Under the pieces are notes generated by a model. That model had not been told where the DNA came from. It did no database searches and saw only the letters and a program-made list of their open reading frames with translations. A stretch of DNA of 64,000 bases from contig CAZPTI010000004.1 of NCBI GenBank assembly GCA_964588925.1, positions 633-64,632 on the forward strand. Reading direction: 5' to 3'. This DNA comes from an uncultured Anaerolineales bacterium (lineage in GTDB: Bacteria > Chloroflexota > Anaerolineae > CG2-30-64-16). Both the position numbers and the translations under genes were made by a program. Shown here in pieces: positions 62,371 to 64,000 of the stretch (its first letter is position 1; every line of letters starts with the position of its first letter).

Positions 62371-64000
62371 TCATCCGAGCTGCTCGGCCTGTTGTTCCCA
62401 CAGGCGGCGGTATAGCCCGTCGGCAGCAAGCAGCGTTGCGTGAGCGCCCACCTCAACCACGCGACCGCAGTTCATCACCGCAATGCGGCTTCCCTCCGGC
62501 GCGCTTGCCAGCCGGTGCGTGATGAGCAGGACCGTTCGTTTGCGCACCAGGGGTTCGAGCGCTTTCCATAGCGCGCGCTCCGTCAGCGCATCCAGTCCGC
62601 TCGTCGGCTCGTCCAGGATGAGCACTGGCGCATCCTTTAGCAGCGCGCGGGCGATGGCAAGCCGCTGGCGCTCGCCGCCGCTTAGCTTGGCGCCGCTCTC
62701 GCCCAGCGGCGTGTCGAGCCCCTGGGGCAGCGACGCGATGAAGCCGTCCAGTTGCGCCGCGCAAACCGCCGCGCGCAACTCTTCGTCGGACGCATCCGGT
62801 TTCGCCAGCAGCAGATTGGTGCGGATGCTGGCATTGAACAGATGGGTAGTCTGCGACACGACCGCGATTTGCGCGCGCAACTGTTCGGGGCTCAGGGCGC
62901 GTATGTCCGTCTCTCCCAGCCGAATTTCGCCGCCCTCGATCTCCCAGAATCGCAGCAGCGCGTTCGCCAGCGACGACTTGCCCGCGCCGCTTGGCCCCAC
63001 TACGGTGAGCATTTCGCCGGGCGCAACATCGAGATTGACGCCGGCAAGCGCGGCCGGCTGACCTGGCGCATAGTGGAGCGTGACATTGCGGTACGTGATC
63101 CCGAGGGGCGAACGGGCTCGCGTCGCTTCTGGCGCGGCTGCATCAGGCGCGGCATTCAACACCGCGCGCACCTCGTCAGACGCCGGCGGGCGGCCCGCAA
63201 TCTCGAACAACCGCCGCGCGGCTGTCAGCGACGCGGACGCGTGCTGGCTGGCGTGAGGCAGCGCCAGCGCGGCCTCGAAGCTTGCCGCGACCAGCAGCGC
63301 CAGCACCGCCACGTCAACCCCCGGCAGCGCGCCAGCGCGCACCAGCGGCGCGGCCTGCCCAAGGACGAGCGCGACGGCGACCGCGGTCAGAAGCACGCCG
63401 AGGGCATTCCATGTCGCGCCCAGGGCAGCCGTCCGCCGCACCGCGCGCCCCAGCAGCGCGCTGGCAGTCATTGCGCGTTCAAGCTGTCGTTCTTCGGCGC
63501 GAAATGCGAGCAGGTCGGCCAGCCCCTGGATCAGGTCGACGAGCGAATGATTGAGCGTCGCGCGGGCTTCGGTCAGCATATGTCCGGGCGCGCGTCCCGC
63601 CACAAGCGCCGCAGCAGACAGCCCAACTCCGACCACCATTTGGACCGCCAGCACCGGCAGGACGAGCGACGGGTGATATGCCGCGAGGATGACCGCGGTC
63701 AGCGCGGCAACGAGGAGCGCGACGAGGGGCGGCGCGACTGCGCGCACGTAGAAGTTCTCCAGCGTGCCCACGTCCGAGATGACGCGCGCCAGCAGGTCGC
63801 CGCTCTGGTAGCGTTGCAGCGAGGCCGGCGCGCCCGGCTCGATGGACGCGTAGAACCACGTCCGCAAGGCAGCGAGCACGCGGAACGTCACCTGGTGCGA
63901 GGCGAGGCGCTCCAAATAACGGAACACGCCGCGGCTGATGCCGAACGCGCGCACCCCGACGATGGCGACTTGCAGCACGGCGATCGACGGTTGCAGCGCC
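62371..64000 (-). CDS. cydC: thiol reductant ABC exporter subunit CydC-like (partial; N-terminus beyond window)
   Basis: ABC exporter TM domain, then Walker A GPSGAGKSS, signature LSGGERQRLAIARAL, Walker B LILDEPT. The reading frame is open to the window edge. Confidence 0.75.
   Translation of the reverse strand, partial: ALQPSIAVLQVAIVGVRAFGISRGVFRYLERLASHQVTFRVLAALRTWFYASIEPGAPASLQRYQSGDLLARVISDVGTLENFYVRAVAPPLVALLVAALTAVILAAYHPSLVLPVLAVQMVVGVGLSAAALVAGRAPGHMLTEARATLNHSLVDLIQGLADLLAFRAEERQLERAMTASALLGRAVRRTAALGATWNALGVLLTAVAVALVLGQAAPLVRAGALPGVDVAVLALLVAASFEAALALPHASQHASASLTAARRLFEIAGRPPASDEVRAVLNAAPDAAAPEATRARSPLGITYRNVTLHYAPGQPAALAGVNLDVAPGEMLTVVGPSGAGKSSLANALLRFWEIEGGEIRLGETDIRALSPEQLRAQIAVVSQTTHLFNASIRTNLLLAKPDASDEELRAAVCAAQLDGFIASLPQGLDTPLGESGAKLSGGERQRLAIARALLKDAPVLILDEPTSGLDALTERALWKALEPLVRKRTVLLITHRLASAPEGSRIAVMNCGRVVEVGAHATLLAADGLYRRLWEQQAEQLG

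Noticed and set aside
1-64000. CRISPR arrays, transposases, integrases, rRNA, prophage structural genes
   Set aside because: I scanned intergenic regions and the ORF translations. There are no regularly spaced repeats, no DDE/tyrosine/serine recombinase signatures and no rRNA-like segments.

Overview
High-GC (about 65% by eye) bacterial chromosomal window, densely coded and probably Chloroflexota-like; the taxon is inferred from gene content only. About 55 protein genes, 4 tRNA genes and 1 tRNA fragment are supported. Left to right: GT2 and polyprenyl-phosphate sugar transferase; a CIRCE-controlled hrcA-grpE-dnaK operon; a DUF2089 / DUF4097-SHOCT / GNAT / LiaX-N-like operon; a ROK kinase; a lower-GC antitoxin-like ORF plus pentapeptide-repeat gene. 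Then an archaeal-style mevalonate entry block (HMG-CoA reductase, HMG-CoA synthase, thiolase, DUF35); three Nuo/Hyf-like antiporter-type membrane genes with no partner enzyme; a GT-C-like membrane protein and galT. Then PadR plus a MacB-type ABC exporter; tRNA-Arg(CCT) carrying a hicBA islet; nitrilase, 5'-nucleotidase and an S8 protease; a cNMP-gated RsbU/RsbW/RsbV-type module. Central metabolism follows (gpmA, fdhD, pruA, glcF, glcD). Next is a secreted multicopper-oxidase island: a 1541-aa MCO, two tandem paralogs of unknown domain, DUF4418-FtsX-ABC, an SBBP beta-propeller protein and a LuxR-type two-component pair. The window ends with a tRNA cluster, an oligopeptide-type binding protein, secG and a partial cydC. 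The strongest findings are an initiator tRNA-fMet gene interrupted by a 264-nt group I (IC3-like) intron, and a free-standing I-Ssp6803I-like PD-(D/E)XK endonuclease gene just outside that intron. No CRISPR array, transposase or integrase was seen. Many long ORFs in the track are antisense or alternate-frame artefacts of high GC and were rejected. Start codons are often ambiguous; stop positions are reliable.
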